Source: Ostreococcus lucimarinus (lineage: Eukaryota). From it: 64,000 nt of DNA. Of the stretch, positions 9,221 through 18,577 are shown piece after piece. Position numbers and translations under genes: made by a program. The stretch lies in assembly GCA_000092065.1 (NCBI GenBank), contig CP000601.1; one strand, 5' to 3'. Within the stretch, counting starts at the first letter, position 1. The number at the start of each line of letters is the position of its first letter. The notes beneath the pieces are model-generated. The model was not told the origin of the DNA and did no database searches. It was given only the letters and a program-made list of their open reading frames with translations.

Positions 9221-10524
9221 TTAGAATTCCATCCCAGACTGTTGCTCCGCCTTGGCTTGACGCGTCTTTGCGGTGAGCCGCTCGATGTTTTCCCTCGCGC
9301 ACGCGTTCCAGAACGTGTCGTTAAAAGTTTTGATCGCCCCGTCTAAGGTTTGCGCACCGGAATCCAGATCGACGACGGTGGGCACGAGTTCCGGATTGAA
9401 GGAATCCGCGGTGGCGGGATCCATGGGCACGCACACACGCCCAGTTTTTGGGTGAACGCAAAACGGACCCTTCAACAAGTGATTCATGTGTCTAGACACC
9501 TCGATATCGACTCGAGGGTAGATGTGCCAGAGGATTATCTTTTCGAGCGCACCGGTAAGCTTGTAATTATTTTTCTTCAAAGAGTCTTGCACGCGGCGCT
9601 CGATGACACCCCAGCGGTCGACCGAGTTGAGCGAACTCGTCGCAAACTCCGACGCGAGATCCTCTCTAATGTTTTCGTCGGGAATCAGATTGAGGAGTTG
9701 CTCGAGCTTGGTTTTGTCCTCGAGAATTCGCTGCGTGGGCAAGTACGACTCGATCCAATATTGTTTCAAGACGCCGTCGTACGCGCGCTTCACCGAAGGG
9801 TGCATCGGCGTCGACGACAACACGCGGCGCCCCTGACCCTCGCCCTTGACGACGGCGAAATACTCGGCAACCGCAGAGCGAGCTTCGTCGCTCAACTTTC
9901 TCGCGCGCTCATCGCTGATCCAGCAGTGAATACCGCGACGACCGGAATAGACCCACAACAAGTGCTTGAAACCGAAATCCTCGCGCAAGCCGACGTCGAG
10001 CACCTTGAGCGCCACCGTCATCAACGGCCAGCACTTTCCACAGATCCCAGCCTCCTTGCAGCACGTCCGCACGTCGTCGTAATCCGTCATATCGATATCA
10101 AAAACCAACTCCCGCTCCTCCGGTTTTAACTCCACCGTGTGCCTGTCGGACGGTCTGCGGTTACAAATCGGCCCGAATTCGATGCGCGCCGGCTTTTTCC
10201 GCTCCACGTTTGTCTTAAAATCCTTCGCGTCCACGAAACTCTGATACCGCGCAAAAATCTCTCCCCCGCCCTCTTCTTGTTCCTTATCCAGCACGAAACA
10301 AAACTCCCGCCGGCTCGGGTACGTCTTCTCCGCCCTCGCGTGTCGTTCGTCGTTTCCGTGCGCCAACCACTTGAACAACAGATCCGCCGGGTAAAATTGT
10401 TTATAATACCTATACATCAAGCTCTTCACCCGCGCCTTCCCCACGTTCCCCGTGTTGAGCGCGACGTTTTCCTTCTCCCCATCCTCCGTCTTCAATCGCT
10501 TCGTCTCCGGTTCGACCGTCGCCA
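9221..10524 (-). CDS. PRI1: DNA primase small (catalytic) subunit PriS/PRIM1
   Basis: Proposed start MATVEPETKRLK (ATG at 10524..10522). YRYYKQFYP, ELVFDIDMTDYDD (catalytic DxD), CGKCWPLMTVALKVLD, RRGIHCWISD and YDGVLKQYW are all primase small-subunit hallmarks. The upstream in-frame extension to 10822 is low-complexity R-rich. Confidence 0.9.
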
Positions 10525-10778
10525 TCCTTTGTCGATCGTCACCGCGTCGATCGTCACCGCGTCGGCGCGTCTCCCGCGTCGTCTCTCGCGTCGTCTCGCG
10601 TTTGTTCTCGCGTTCGTTCGCGCGTCCGACGCCTCGAAAGCTTCGCCGCGCGCGCGCGTCTCCCGCGTCGCGTCGCGTCGCGCCGCGCGTCGCGCAGTCG
10701 CGCGGTCGTCGCTGGAATTTTAAATTTTTCGCGCCACCTGTCGCGGCGTTTGAAAATCCTCCCGTGTGTGTCTTCGCA

Positions 10779-10835
10779 CTGTTTACCCATACGTGTCGGA
10801 AATCTTGTGACTGTTTACCCATACGTGTCGGAAAT
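10779..10835 (+). promoter_or_regulatory. tandem direct repeat (2 x 25 bp, CTGTTTACCCATACGTGTCGGAAAT, 7-bp spacer) in the primase/USP bidirectional promoter, abutting the USP ATG
   Basis: Copy 1 is 10779..10803 and copy 2 is 10811..10835; the last T of copy 2 is the T of the USP ATG (10834..10836). The related CTGTTTACCCACACGACATCGACG lies at 55681 upstream of UGDH. Confidence 0.5.
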
Positions 10836-12777
10836 GAACGCGCGCGCGCGCGCCGACGCCGCGCGACGACGGACGACGACGCGCGCGATGGCCGCGATGG
10901 ACGACGCGCGCGCGAGCGCGACGGCCGTCGTCGACGCGCACGTCGCGCGCGGCGCGCTGACGACGGACGACGCGCGGACGCTGCGCGAAACGATCGCGCT
11001 GGGACAAGCGCATCTGATCGCGGATTGGCCGGCGCCGGGCGTGGACGACGAGAGGAAGCGCGCGTTCGTCGAGGAAGTGCGACGGGCGGATCGGGGGTAC
11101 CCGGGGGGGGTGGCGAAGTACGTGTCGAACGCGCGCGAGCTGCTGAGGGCGTCGAAGGAGGGGAAGAATCCGTTCGAGGGATGGACGCCGAGCGTGCCCA
11201 CGGGGAAGACGGTGGAGTACGGATCGGCGGCGCACGAGATTCTGGAGAAGATTGGGATGCGGGAGACGGCGGAGACGTGCTTCGTGCTCGTCGCGGGGGG
11301 GTTGGGAGAGCGATTGGGGTACTCGGGGATCAAGGTCGCGCTGCCGGTGGAGCGGGCGACGAACGCGTGCTATTTGGAGTTGTACGTGAAGAATATCTTG
11401 GCGATGGAGAAACGCGCGGAGGGTGCGGAGGGTGCGACGAACGCGGGTGGGTGCGGGTGCTTCGGCGGTGGCGGCGCGAAGGCGAAATCGTCCACGAAGA
11501 TTCCGTTGGCGATCATGACGTCGGAGGACACGCACGCGCTGACGCTCGATTTGCTCGAACGCAACGATTACTTTGGCGCGTCTCGCGATCAAATCACGCT
11601 CATGAAGCAAGAAAAGGTGCCGTGCTTGATGGATAACGATGCACGTTTGGCGGTGAAAGACGACGATCCTTACAAGCTCGCGCTCAAGCCGCACGGCCAC
11701 GGTGACGTGCACTCTCTCCTGCACACGAGCGGGTTGTTATCAAAGTGGATGAGCCAAGGCAAGAAGTGGGTCGTCTTCTTTCAAGACACGAACTCGCTCG
11801 TGTTCCGCGTCATCCCTGGTGCGCTCGGGGTGTCGAAGACGATGAATCTTGAGTTCAATTCTTTGTGCGTTCCGCGAAAAGCCAAGGAAGCGGTCGGTGC
11901 GATTTCGTTGCTAACTCACGAGGATGGACGCAAGATGACCATCAACGTCGAATACAACCAGCTCGATCCGCTTTTGCGAGCCACTACGAATCCCGAAGGC
12001 GACGTCAACGATGCCACGGGCTTCTCCCCATTCCCGGGTAACATCAATCAGCTCATCGTGAGTCTTCCAGAGTACGCAAAACAACTCAAGAAGACTGGCG
12101 GCGCGATCGAAGAATTCGTCAATCCCAAGTACAAGGATGAGACAAAGACGGCTTTCAAATCGCCGACGCGATTGGAGTGCATGATGCAAGACTATCCCAA
12201 GAGCCTCGGATCGAAGGCTAAGGTTGGTTTCACCGTCTTTGCGAACTGGATTGGCTACAGCCCGGTGAAGAACTCTCCGGCGGACGGTTTGGCCAAGTTC
12301 AAATCTAACGGCCCGACGCACACGGCGACGAGCGGCGAGTTTGAGTTTTACGAATCGTGCGCAAACTTGTTGCGTTTGGCCGGTGCCGACGTCCCCGCCG
12401 CCGCCGTCGACGCTGAATTCAACGGTATGAAGCTTCCCATGGGTCCACGTGTTGTGCTCGGTCCGGATGTCGCCACATCTTTTGATGAACTCAAGTCGAA
12501 AGTCGGCGCCGTCAAGTTGGGCGCGAAGAGCGCGCTCGTCGTCGAAGGCTCTGGCGTCAATTTGAAAAACGTCGAAGTGGATGGTGCGCTCGTCATCAAG
12601 GCGTGCGAGGGCGCGGAAGTCATCGTCGATGGTTTGAAAGTGACGAACAAGGGTTGGCAGTGGAAGCCGACCGGCAAAGGTGCGCCCGAAGTCGACGCGC
12701 TCGCGGGATTCGTCGTGAAGAAAAACGAAACGGCCGAGTACGTCTTCGACAAGCCTGGCAAGTACACGCTCCCGTAA
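10834..12777 (+). CDS. USP: UDP-sugar pyrophosphorylase (USP, UTP-monosaccharide-1-phosphate uridylyltransferase)
   Basis: 647 aa from MNARARADAARRR. Motifs FVLVAGGLGERLGYSGIK, IPLAIMTSEDTH, KPHGHGDVH and NINQLIV are characteristic of plant-type USP / UDP-GlcNAc pyrophosphorylase-fold enzymes. Confidence 0.85.
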   Translation: MNARARADAARRRTTTRAMAAMDDARASATAVVDAHVARGALTTDDARTLRETIALGQAHLIADWPAPGVDDERKRAFVEEVRRADRGYPGGVAKYVSNARELLRASKEGKNPFEGWTPSVPTGKTVEYGSAAHEILEKIGMRETAETCFVLVAGGLGERLGYSGIKVALPVERATNACYLELYVKNILAMEKRAEGAEGATNAGGCGCFGGGGAKAKSSTKIPLAIMTSEDTHALTLDLLERNDYFGASRDQITLMKQEKVPCLMDNDARLAVKDDDPYKLALKPHGHGDVHSLLHTSGLLSKWMSQGKKWVVFFQDTNSLVFRVIPGALGVSKTMNLEFNSLCVPRKAKEAVGAISLLTHEDGRKMTINVEYNQLDPLLRATTNPEGDVNDATGFSPFPGNINQLIVSLPEYAKQLKKTGGAIEEFVNPKYKDETKTAFKSPTRLECMMQDYPKSLGSKAKVGFTVFANWIGYSPVKNSPADGLAKFKSNGPTHTATSGEFEFYESCANLLRLAGADVPAAAVDAEFNGMKLPMGPRVVLGPDVATSFDELKSKVGAVKLGAKSALVVEGSGVNLKNVEVDGALVIKACEGAEVIVDGLKVTNKGWQWKPTGKGAPEVDALAGFVVKKNETAEYVFDKPGKYTLP

Positions 12778-13107
12778 GCGTTTCTCTTCTCCCTCGTCCT
12801 AGTAAAAACCACCAGCGACGCAAAAACACGCCATTTGAATTGAAATAACAACACGAATGAATACTTTGTGGACGCACGTGATTACTTTATTACAGTTGCT
12901 CGCGGGAGACAGCGCTGGGCCATCGCCTTCGAGGCGTGCGCGGCATCGTCGAAGTGAGGTGGGACATTTTCAAAATGGTCATGTGCCCCGTTTCCGGCGA
13001 CCTTCTGTCGATAGTGGCTTAAATAACGCACGGAGTGTCGCGAAACGCGGAGACAGAGCTCTCAAATTCATTACAAGCCGACTCGCGTAAAGTAGTCGTT
13101 AATTTAT

Positions 13108-14343
13108 TCACGCGTCGTTCGCGACTTTCATCGTGCCGCAGCACTTGGTCGCCTGACGCGTTTCGGTCGTCGATTGGTGTCCGCAATAAAGTTTGTACGG
13201 ACCTTGGCATCCGCACCAGAAGCACGCACAACCGCTCACGCAGCCCATCAATGGACCACAATATTTATTGTCGTGATCGTACCGGAGCGAAAAGTCGCGC
13301 TTTGTCGTTCGGTCACACACCGCGATTTGGTTGAAGTACTCGCAAAAATCGTCAAACTCCATCCAAAACACGCCGTCGTGATGATCGTTCACGTACGCGA
13401 GCTCCTTCGCGATGGCCGGGTGTTTGTCCCATTCTTTCGATCCATCAGCCCAAGCGCCCTTCCATTCAAACGTCGACCACGGATTGCGAAGCTTGATGAA
13501 ACGCTTTCCACCGACGCCCCAAGAGCGTCCAGCCCAACGCACGGAGATGACGGAGAACAAGTGACCGGACACCAAGCCGGTGGTTTCGTCTTTGCTCTCG
13601 CCATTTTTAGTCATCCTCGACACGGCGATCAGGGACTTGATGCTGTCGTACTGGGTCAGGATGTTGAACAATTTATCGCGCACGATGTTTTCCTCGACTT
13701 CTTCGTGATAGATGCGATCCTTCTTACCGCCGTCACCGGGCTTACCGATAAACTTCATGTTGTGTCGCCGCCACGTGCGTTCGACGTCCATGCGCTTCTT
13801 GAGCAAGAAGACGTTATCGCCCGTGAGCGCGTGCGTGGCCCACGTGCCGAACCCGCCGTCCAGCGCGGCGTAGCTCCCCATAAACTTAGCCATCGCCTTC
13901 TCCACGATCAAAGGCCAAAACTCGTTGTTGTGCGGTTGCATAAATATCGGATTCTTCGTCCCCTTGTAACAAGGAATGAGATCGTCCACCGTCACGGTGA
14001 CCCACCTCTTCTCCTTGCCGTCGTAAAACCGCACGCGATACTTGCCGCGAAGCGACTTTTCCCCGTTCAATATCAACCGTTTGATCGCTCCCGGGTGTTC
14101 CGCCAGGCACGCCAGCGCGCTCACCAACCAACAATCCCCGAGCTGGCCCTGCACGCAGTCCCGAGGTTCGATGATTCCCTGATACAGCACCATCGGCTTG
14201 TCCTCGCTCCCCGCGCTCAGGTCGTCGACGCGCGCCCAATCGCACCCGCGAAATTCGCAATCCACCCCGAGCGCCGCGTCGCCCGCCCAGACCTTATCCT
14301 CGTACCGAAAGCATTCCAGCAGGCAACAGCACAGCGATCCCAT
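13108..14343 (-). CDS. calpain-type Ca2+-dependent cysteine protease with N-terminal MGSLCCC acylation motif and Cys-rich C-tail
   Basis: Catalytic QGQLGDCWLVSALACLAEHP (active-site Cys), papain-like core with His/Asn region (SGHLFSV...RNPW). Preferred start is M at 14343..14341 (MGSLCCCLLE: Gly2 myristoylation + Cys palmitoylation consensus). The ORF also stays open to 14532. Confidence 0.8.
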   Translation of the reverse strand: MGSLCCCLLECFRYEDKVWAGDAALGVDCEFRGCDWARVDDLSAGSEDKPMVLYQGIIEPRDCVQGQLGDCWLVSALACLAEHPGAIKRLILNGEKSLRGKYRVRFYDGKEKRWVTVTVDDLIPCYKGTKNPIFMQPHNNEFWPLIVEKAMAKFMGSYAALDGGFGTWATHALTGDNVFLLKKRMDVERTWRRHNMKFIGKPGDGGKKDRIYHEEVEENIVRDKLFNILTQYDSIKSLIAVSRMTKNGESKDETTGLVSGHLFSVISVRWAGRSWGVGGKRFIKLRNPWSTFEWKGAWADGSKEWDKHPAIAKELAYVNDHHDGVFWMEFDDFCEYFNQIAVCDRTTKRDFSLRYDHDNKYCGPLMGCVSGCACFWCGCQGPYKLYCGHQSTTETRQATKCCGTMKVANDA

Positions 14344-14606
14344 CGCGCCGCGCGCGCCCAGCCGCGCGTACGCGCCGAGGCACGGCGTCAGATACGCATC
14401 GATCGCGTTCCACGCGAGGACGAACGGCGCGACGAGCGCCGCGACCGCGGGGTGCCCGTTCCCGGCGCAGTGCGTCGCCGCGCACGATTCCTGCGACTCG
14501 ACGTCGCGCGCGTTCGAGCGCGCGGGCGCCATGGCGCGCGTCGACGTGACGCCCGACCGTTCGTTCGCGGTCGGTCGACGCGCGCGTCGCCACAGCGCCG
14601 CGCGCG

Positions 14607-16661
14607 ATGTCGAGCGACGGCGACGACGGCGACGACGGCCGAGGGCGCGACGACGGCGACGACGGCGACGACGCGCGGCGCGCGGGCGCGTCGCGCGCGC
14701 GCGCGGACGCGAGAGGGACGAATAATCATCGCAATCACGACGATGGCGTTCGAAATCAACGACGACGACGGTCGAGCGACGACGCGCGCGACGGCGCAGA
14801 CGACGAGACGACGAACGCGCGAGCGACCGACGGTGACGACGAACGAACGGACGCGCGACTGTTCCCGCCGACGCGCGCGGACGAGGAGGGGACGAAGACG
14901 CGGACGCGCGGGGACGAGGCGACGCGCGGGACGAACGAGGCGAAGGAAAACGACGACGAGGGGCGAAGGAAAGCGAACGAGCGCGGGAAAACGCGCGGGA
15001 GGGAAGGCGATGGCGGCGTGGGAGCGACGGGGGGGTCGATCGTGGACGCGGCGAGGGAGAGCGCGACGGCGGGGTTGGCGGTGTGCGGAAACGTGTACGT
15101 GCGGAGCGTGGAGAATAAGCTGCCGCCGGGAGTGCGATCGGTGGTGAAGGGCGCGAGGTGCGAGGTGCGGACGTTCGCGGATGTATTCTTTGCGACGATG
15201 TTCGCGTCGTGCGCGCTGACGGTGCGCGTGGTGGGGGCGGGGGCGGGGGCGGCGCGACGCGCGGGCGAACGGACGATGTCGACGGCGGGGGAGGCGAGCG
15301 CGAGAATCGCGCGCGAGGTCAAGATGAAGACGATGACGATCGCCAAGGGCGGGAACGACCGCAAAGAAGCGCGTGGGGAGGCGTCGAAGGCGTCTGAACC
15401 GTCGTCGGTGGCCTCGTTGGCGAAGGAGAAGACGAAAGAGGCGTTGCGAGGGCTCGACGACGCCAAGCTGGCCGCGCTGGCGAGCGTGAAATCTTTCTTC
15501 GATGACCGAAATAAACCAGGCGGGGACGGGACGAAGTCGAAAAAGAGTGGCGAAGCGTCCGGGTCGAAGTCGAAAAACGCGAAGAAGAAGTCGGTCGATG
15601 TGACGAAGACCAATGGCGACGCGAAGCCGCGGCGGAAGAAGTCGGTCGCGACGGAGGATGGGAAACTGAAAAGGCGCGTCGATCCTTTGCGAAGCCTCGT
15701 GAGCGAAGAAACGTCTAAAAAGGTTAAAGAAAAGTTAAAAGGGTTTGAGGATGCCGTTGGAAGTTGGCCAATGGTGCAAGCGGTGAAGCCACGCGTGGAT
15801 GGCTTCGTTGAAGCGTTCGCGGAGCGTCAACGCGTCGTCGTCGCCAAGCTGCACTCGTCCACCGAAGGCGGCGTCGACACCATACGCGGTGCGCGTGCGA
15901 GCTTGGTCCATCACGCTAAGGGCTTAAAAACACGCGTCGAGGATGGTGTCACCGGCGCGCGCGGTATTTTGGCTGGTGGAATCGCGAGCACGAGTAGACT
16001 CGTATCTCCGCTCCTCCGTCACGACAGGAGCGCGACGCAAAAAAGTCGACTGAAGACGTTTTTAAACCCTGGTTCGAGCGGACGTGCGATTATGAGAGAT
16101 GACGAGTACAGCGCTGCACAGATTGAGCGGCACCACGAGCTGAGTAAACAAGTGGAGCGCGCGGCGAAGCTTTCTCGCGAGGCGGATGGCGAGTTGCTCG
16201 CCAAGCCGCTGCGCGTCGTCGTGCAGCCGGAGGACAATCTGTTCGACATCGCCAGCATCGCTGGCATCAGCGTCATGGATCTCGCGCGCTACAACAACTT
16301 GCGTCCGCATCCAGAGAGCCACTTCCTCAAGATTGACCCCGGCCAGGTCCTGTACGTCCCTTCGCGGTCTTTGCTCGACCGCCTTCCCGCGATCGATCGC
16401 GCTAGAGAGCCCAAATACGAGCTCTCCGTCCGCGTCACCGACGTCCCGCGCGCGGCACCACCACCGACCGCTTCGTCTCGCCTCGTGCATCCATCGCGTC
16501 ACTCCAGGCACAAATCCGTGCGCGAATCCGACGACGCGTTGGAGTCATCCAACTTTGCCGCGTCTCTGGGCGTCTCGCTCGCCCTGTGCGCCGCCGCGCT
16601 CGCCCTGCGCAGCGTTCGCGAAGCCATGAATTCCGACGACGAAGACGTCAACGACGCCTAA
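14607..16661 (+). CDS. LysM-domain protein (low-complexity N-terminus, K-rich middle, C-terminal hydrophobic tail)
   Basis: LysM: VVVQPEDNLFDIASIAGISVMDLARYNNLRPHPESHFLKIDPGQVLYVP. C-terminal SLGVSLALCAAALALRS is a likely membrane anchor. The N-terminal 200 aa is D/G/R low complexity, so the true start is uncertain (possibly MSTAGEAS at about 15277). Confidence 0.55.
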   Translation: MSSDGDDGDDGRGRDDGDDGDDARRAGASRARADARGTNNHRNHDDGVRNQRRRRSSDDARDGADDETTNARATDGDDERTDARLFPPTRADEEGTKTRTRGDEATRGTNEAKENDDEGRRKANERGKTRGREGDGGVGATGGSIVDAARESATAGLAVCGNVYVRSVENKLPPGVRSVVKGARCEVRTFADVFFATMFASCALTVRVVGAGAGAARRAGERTMSTAGEASARIAREVKMKTMTIAKGGNDRKEARGEASKASEPSSVASLAKEKTKEALRGLDDAKLAALASVKSFFDDRNKPGGDGTKSKKSGEASGSKSKNAKKKSVDVTKTNGDAKPRRKKSVATEDGKLKRRVDPLRSLVSEETSKKVKEKLKGFEDAVGSWPMVQAVKPRVDGFVEAFAERQRVVVAKLHSSTEGGVDTIRGARASLVHHAKGLKTRVEDGVTGARGILAGGIASTSRLVSPLLRHDRSATQKSRLKTFLNPGSSGRAIMRDDEYSAAQIERHHELSKQVERAAKLSREADGELLAKPLRVVVQPEDNLFDIASIAGISVMDLARYNNLRPHPESHFLKIDPGQVLYVPSRSLLDRLPAIDRAREPKYELSVRVTDVPRAAPPPTASSRLVHPSRHSRHKSVRESDDALESSNFAASLGVSLALCAAALALRSVREAMNSDDEDVNDA

Positions 16662-16838
16662 CTCGCGCGCGAATCGTTCATTGTATATCTCATTTACCGC
16701 TAGCGCACAATTCCACGACCCCTCCCACGCGTCTCGATCGCCGACAGACTTTACCCGCGCGCGTCCCGGCGGGGACAGTCACCGGGCAATTCTTTCGAAT
16801 CGCGCATTCGCAATCGGTCAAATCGCGACTCGTGCGCG

Positions 16839-17720
16839 ATGCCGACCGCGCTCCGAGCGAGCCGCGCGCGAACGCCGACGAGCGAAAGCGCGCACGCGGT
16901 CGATGGCTTGCCCGGCACGCAACCGCGCGCGAAGAAAACAAAGGAAGTGAGCGGCGAATCGCTCGGCAAGTACCGAGGCGTGTACAAGTGGAAAAATGGA
17001 AAATACCGCGCGATGATCAATAGCGAGGGCAAGACGTACGGGCTGGGCGTGTTTAGCGACGTCGAGGCGGCGGCGATGGCGTTCGACCGGGCGAGCATCG
17101 TGCTCGGGAGGCAACCGAAGAATTTCGCGACGTCGAATCGGTATGAATTTGAGTTGGACGAGCTCTCAAAGTTGAACGGGAACATACAAGCGTTGCGAAG
17201 GATGACGAGCGATAGGGCGCCGGATAAGTCGAAGAGTATGAGCGTGTATAGAGGCGTGCACCGGTGCTCGCGAACGGGACGATATCGGAGCGAGATTGAA
17301 CACAACGGTAAAAAGTTTAGCTTGGGAGTGCACGCAAAGGAGGAGGACGCCGCGAGGACGTACGATCAAGCGGCTATAGTGTGTCTCGGCGGATTGGCCG
17401 TGACGAACTTCGATCGGCAGGAGTACCAACTCGCGCATTTAGACCATTTTGCGGGTGATTTAGACAAATATAGAGCGAGCTTACACATCAAGATTCGAAG
17501 ACAAGGTACCTCTCGATCCCGTTGTACGAGCAAGCACGAGGGTGTACGCAAGTACGAACACACCTGGAAGAGCGGTAAGAAGACTGTCAAATGGCGTGCC
17601 GAAGTTAAGGTTGAGGGTAAATCGAAACAGTTGGGTTATTTCCGTTCCGAGGACGAAGCGGCTCAGGCGGTGAAGACATTCCGCGTTGGGTACGCCGCCA
17701 CGGCCACGGCGGGCGCCTAG
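16839..17720 (+). CDS. AP2/ERF-domain transcription factor with three AP2 domains
   Basis: Three YRGV-type AP2 units: YRGVYKWKNGKYRAMI...GLGVFSDVEAAAMAFDRA; YRGVHRCSRTGRYRSEI...SLGVHAKEEDAARTYDQAA; VRKYEHTWKSGKKTVKWRAEV...LGYFRSEDEAAQAV. Confidence 0.85.
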   Translation: MPTALRASRARTPTSESAHAVDGLPGTQPRAKKTKEVSGESLGKYRGVYKWKNGKYRAMINSEGKTYGLGVFSDVEAAAMAFDRASIVLGRQPKNFATSNRYEFELDELSKLNGNIQALRRMTSDRAPDKSKSMSVYRGVHRCSRTGRYRSEIEHNGKKFSLGVHAKEEDAARTYDQAAIVCLGGLAVTNFDRQEYQLAHLDHFAGDLDKYRASLHIKIRRQGTSRSRCTSKHEGVRKYEHTWKSGKKTVKWRAEVKVEGKSKQLGYFRSEDEAAQAVKTFRVGYAATATAGA

Positions 17721-17792
17721 ACTAGTTCCAACTACTTTTACATGCAATAACATCACAACGAATCTACAAATACCGACTACGAATACTAAAGA

Positions 17793-18557
17793 CTACGAAT
17801 ACTGAGGCCGACCGAGCCACACCGGCAACGAACTGCGACACAACGGACACGAATCGTCTCGCGCCAGCCACTCCTTCACGCAGCGCTCGTGAAACACGTG
17901 CGAAGCGCTGCACGGCATCGCCACGACCACTTCATCCGTCGCGTAGCAATCGAAACAAATTGAACACTTCATCCCTACTTCGTCATCGCGTGGTTTACGA
18001 TATCTCAGCGCTTCCACGCTCACCGTGGACGCCGCCGCGCGCGAACCTTCGCTCTCGTCAAAGTCTCGTTCTAAACCGTCGACGAGACTTTCAAGAGATC
18101 GTCGGCGCGCGGCTAAAATCAAACGCAGCGCCTCGTTCACGACACCATCGACGTTCTCATCCATCGTCTCGTCCTTCGTCTTCGTCTTCGTCTTCGGTGC
18201 CGTCTCGTCCTCGCGCGGCGCCGTCGCCGTCGCCTCGCGCGTCTCGGCCAACGTCGCCAACGCCGCCACCAGCGCCTCCCGATCGCTCCCACCGACCGCG
18301 TCGCGACACGCCTCGATCGCGCGCACGCCGACGTCCCACGCCTCCGCGCGCGCATCGCCGTATCGACTCTTCAGCGTCGTCGCGACGCGCCGTCCCGCGC
18401 GAGCCAGCGCGACGCTCACGCGCGCGTCGCCTTCGTCTCGCGCCCTCGCCGCGCGCTCGATCGCGCGCGCGCCGTCGCTGAACGTCGACCGCTTTCCCAA
18501 CGCCTCGATCGCGCCGTCGAGCGCGCGCGCGCGCGCGTCGTCGTCGGCGCGCGACAT
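17793..18557 (-). CDS. RING-H2 finger protein (putative E3 ubiquitin ligase)
   Basis: C-terminal CSICFDCYATDEVVVAMPCSASHVFHERCVKEWLARDDSCPLCR fits the C3H2C3 RING-H2 spacing. The N-terminal part is A/R-rich helical. Confidence 0.8.
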   Translation of the reverse strand: MSRADDDARARALDGAIEALGKRSTFSDGARAIERAARARDEGDARVSVALARAGRRVATTLKSRYGDARAEAWDVGVRAIEACRDAVGGSDREALVAALATLAETREATATAPREDETAPKTKTKTKDETMDENVDGVVNEALRLILAARRRSLESLVDGLERDFDESEGSRAAASTVSVEALRYRKPRDDEVGMKCSICFDCYATDEVVVAMPCSASHVFHERCVKEWLARDDSCPLCRSSLPVWLGRPQYS

Positions 18558-18577
18558 GACGCGGCACTGTGTGACGC

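Noticed and set aside
10525-10822. N-terminal 99-aa extension of the primase ORF (MGKQSQDFRHVWVNSAKTH...RETTRETTRETRRRGDDRRGDDRQR)
   Set aside because: It is low-complexity and would run into the USP promoter repeat. The primase family N-terminus (MATVEPETKRLK...YRYYKQFYP) starts at 10524.
10750-10833. Upstream extension of the USP ORF (MKILPCVSSHCLPIRVGNLVTVYPYVSE...)
   Set aside because: The extension is simply the translation of the 25-bp tandem promoter repeat. The conserved protein begins at the ATG at 10834.
13174-15147. Very long antisense and overlapping ORFs. Examples: 13174..15147 +, 7394..8599 -, 21405..22397 -, 22420..24180 +, 30994..32019 -, 52766..54244 -, 4982..6023 -, 18025..18933 +, 35971..37068 +, 58407..59627 +.
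   Set aside because: They are Arg/Ala/Pro/Ser-rich translations of GC-rich DNA with no motifs, and each lies antisense to a gene with clear family signatures. They are the expected artefact of about 65% GC with few stop codons.
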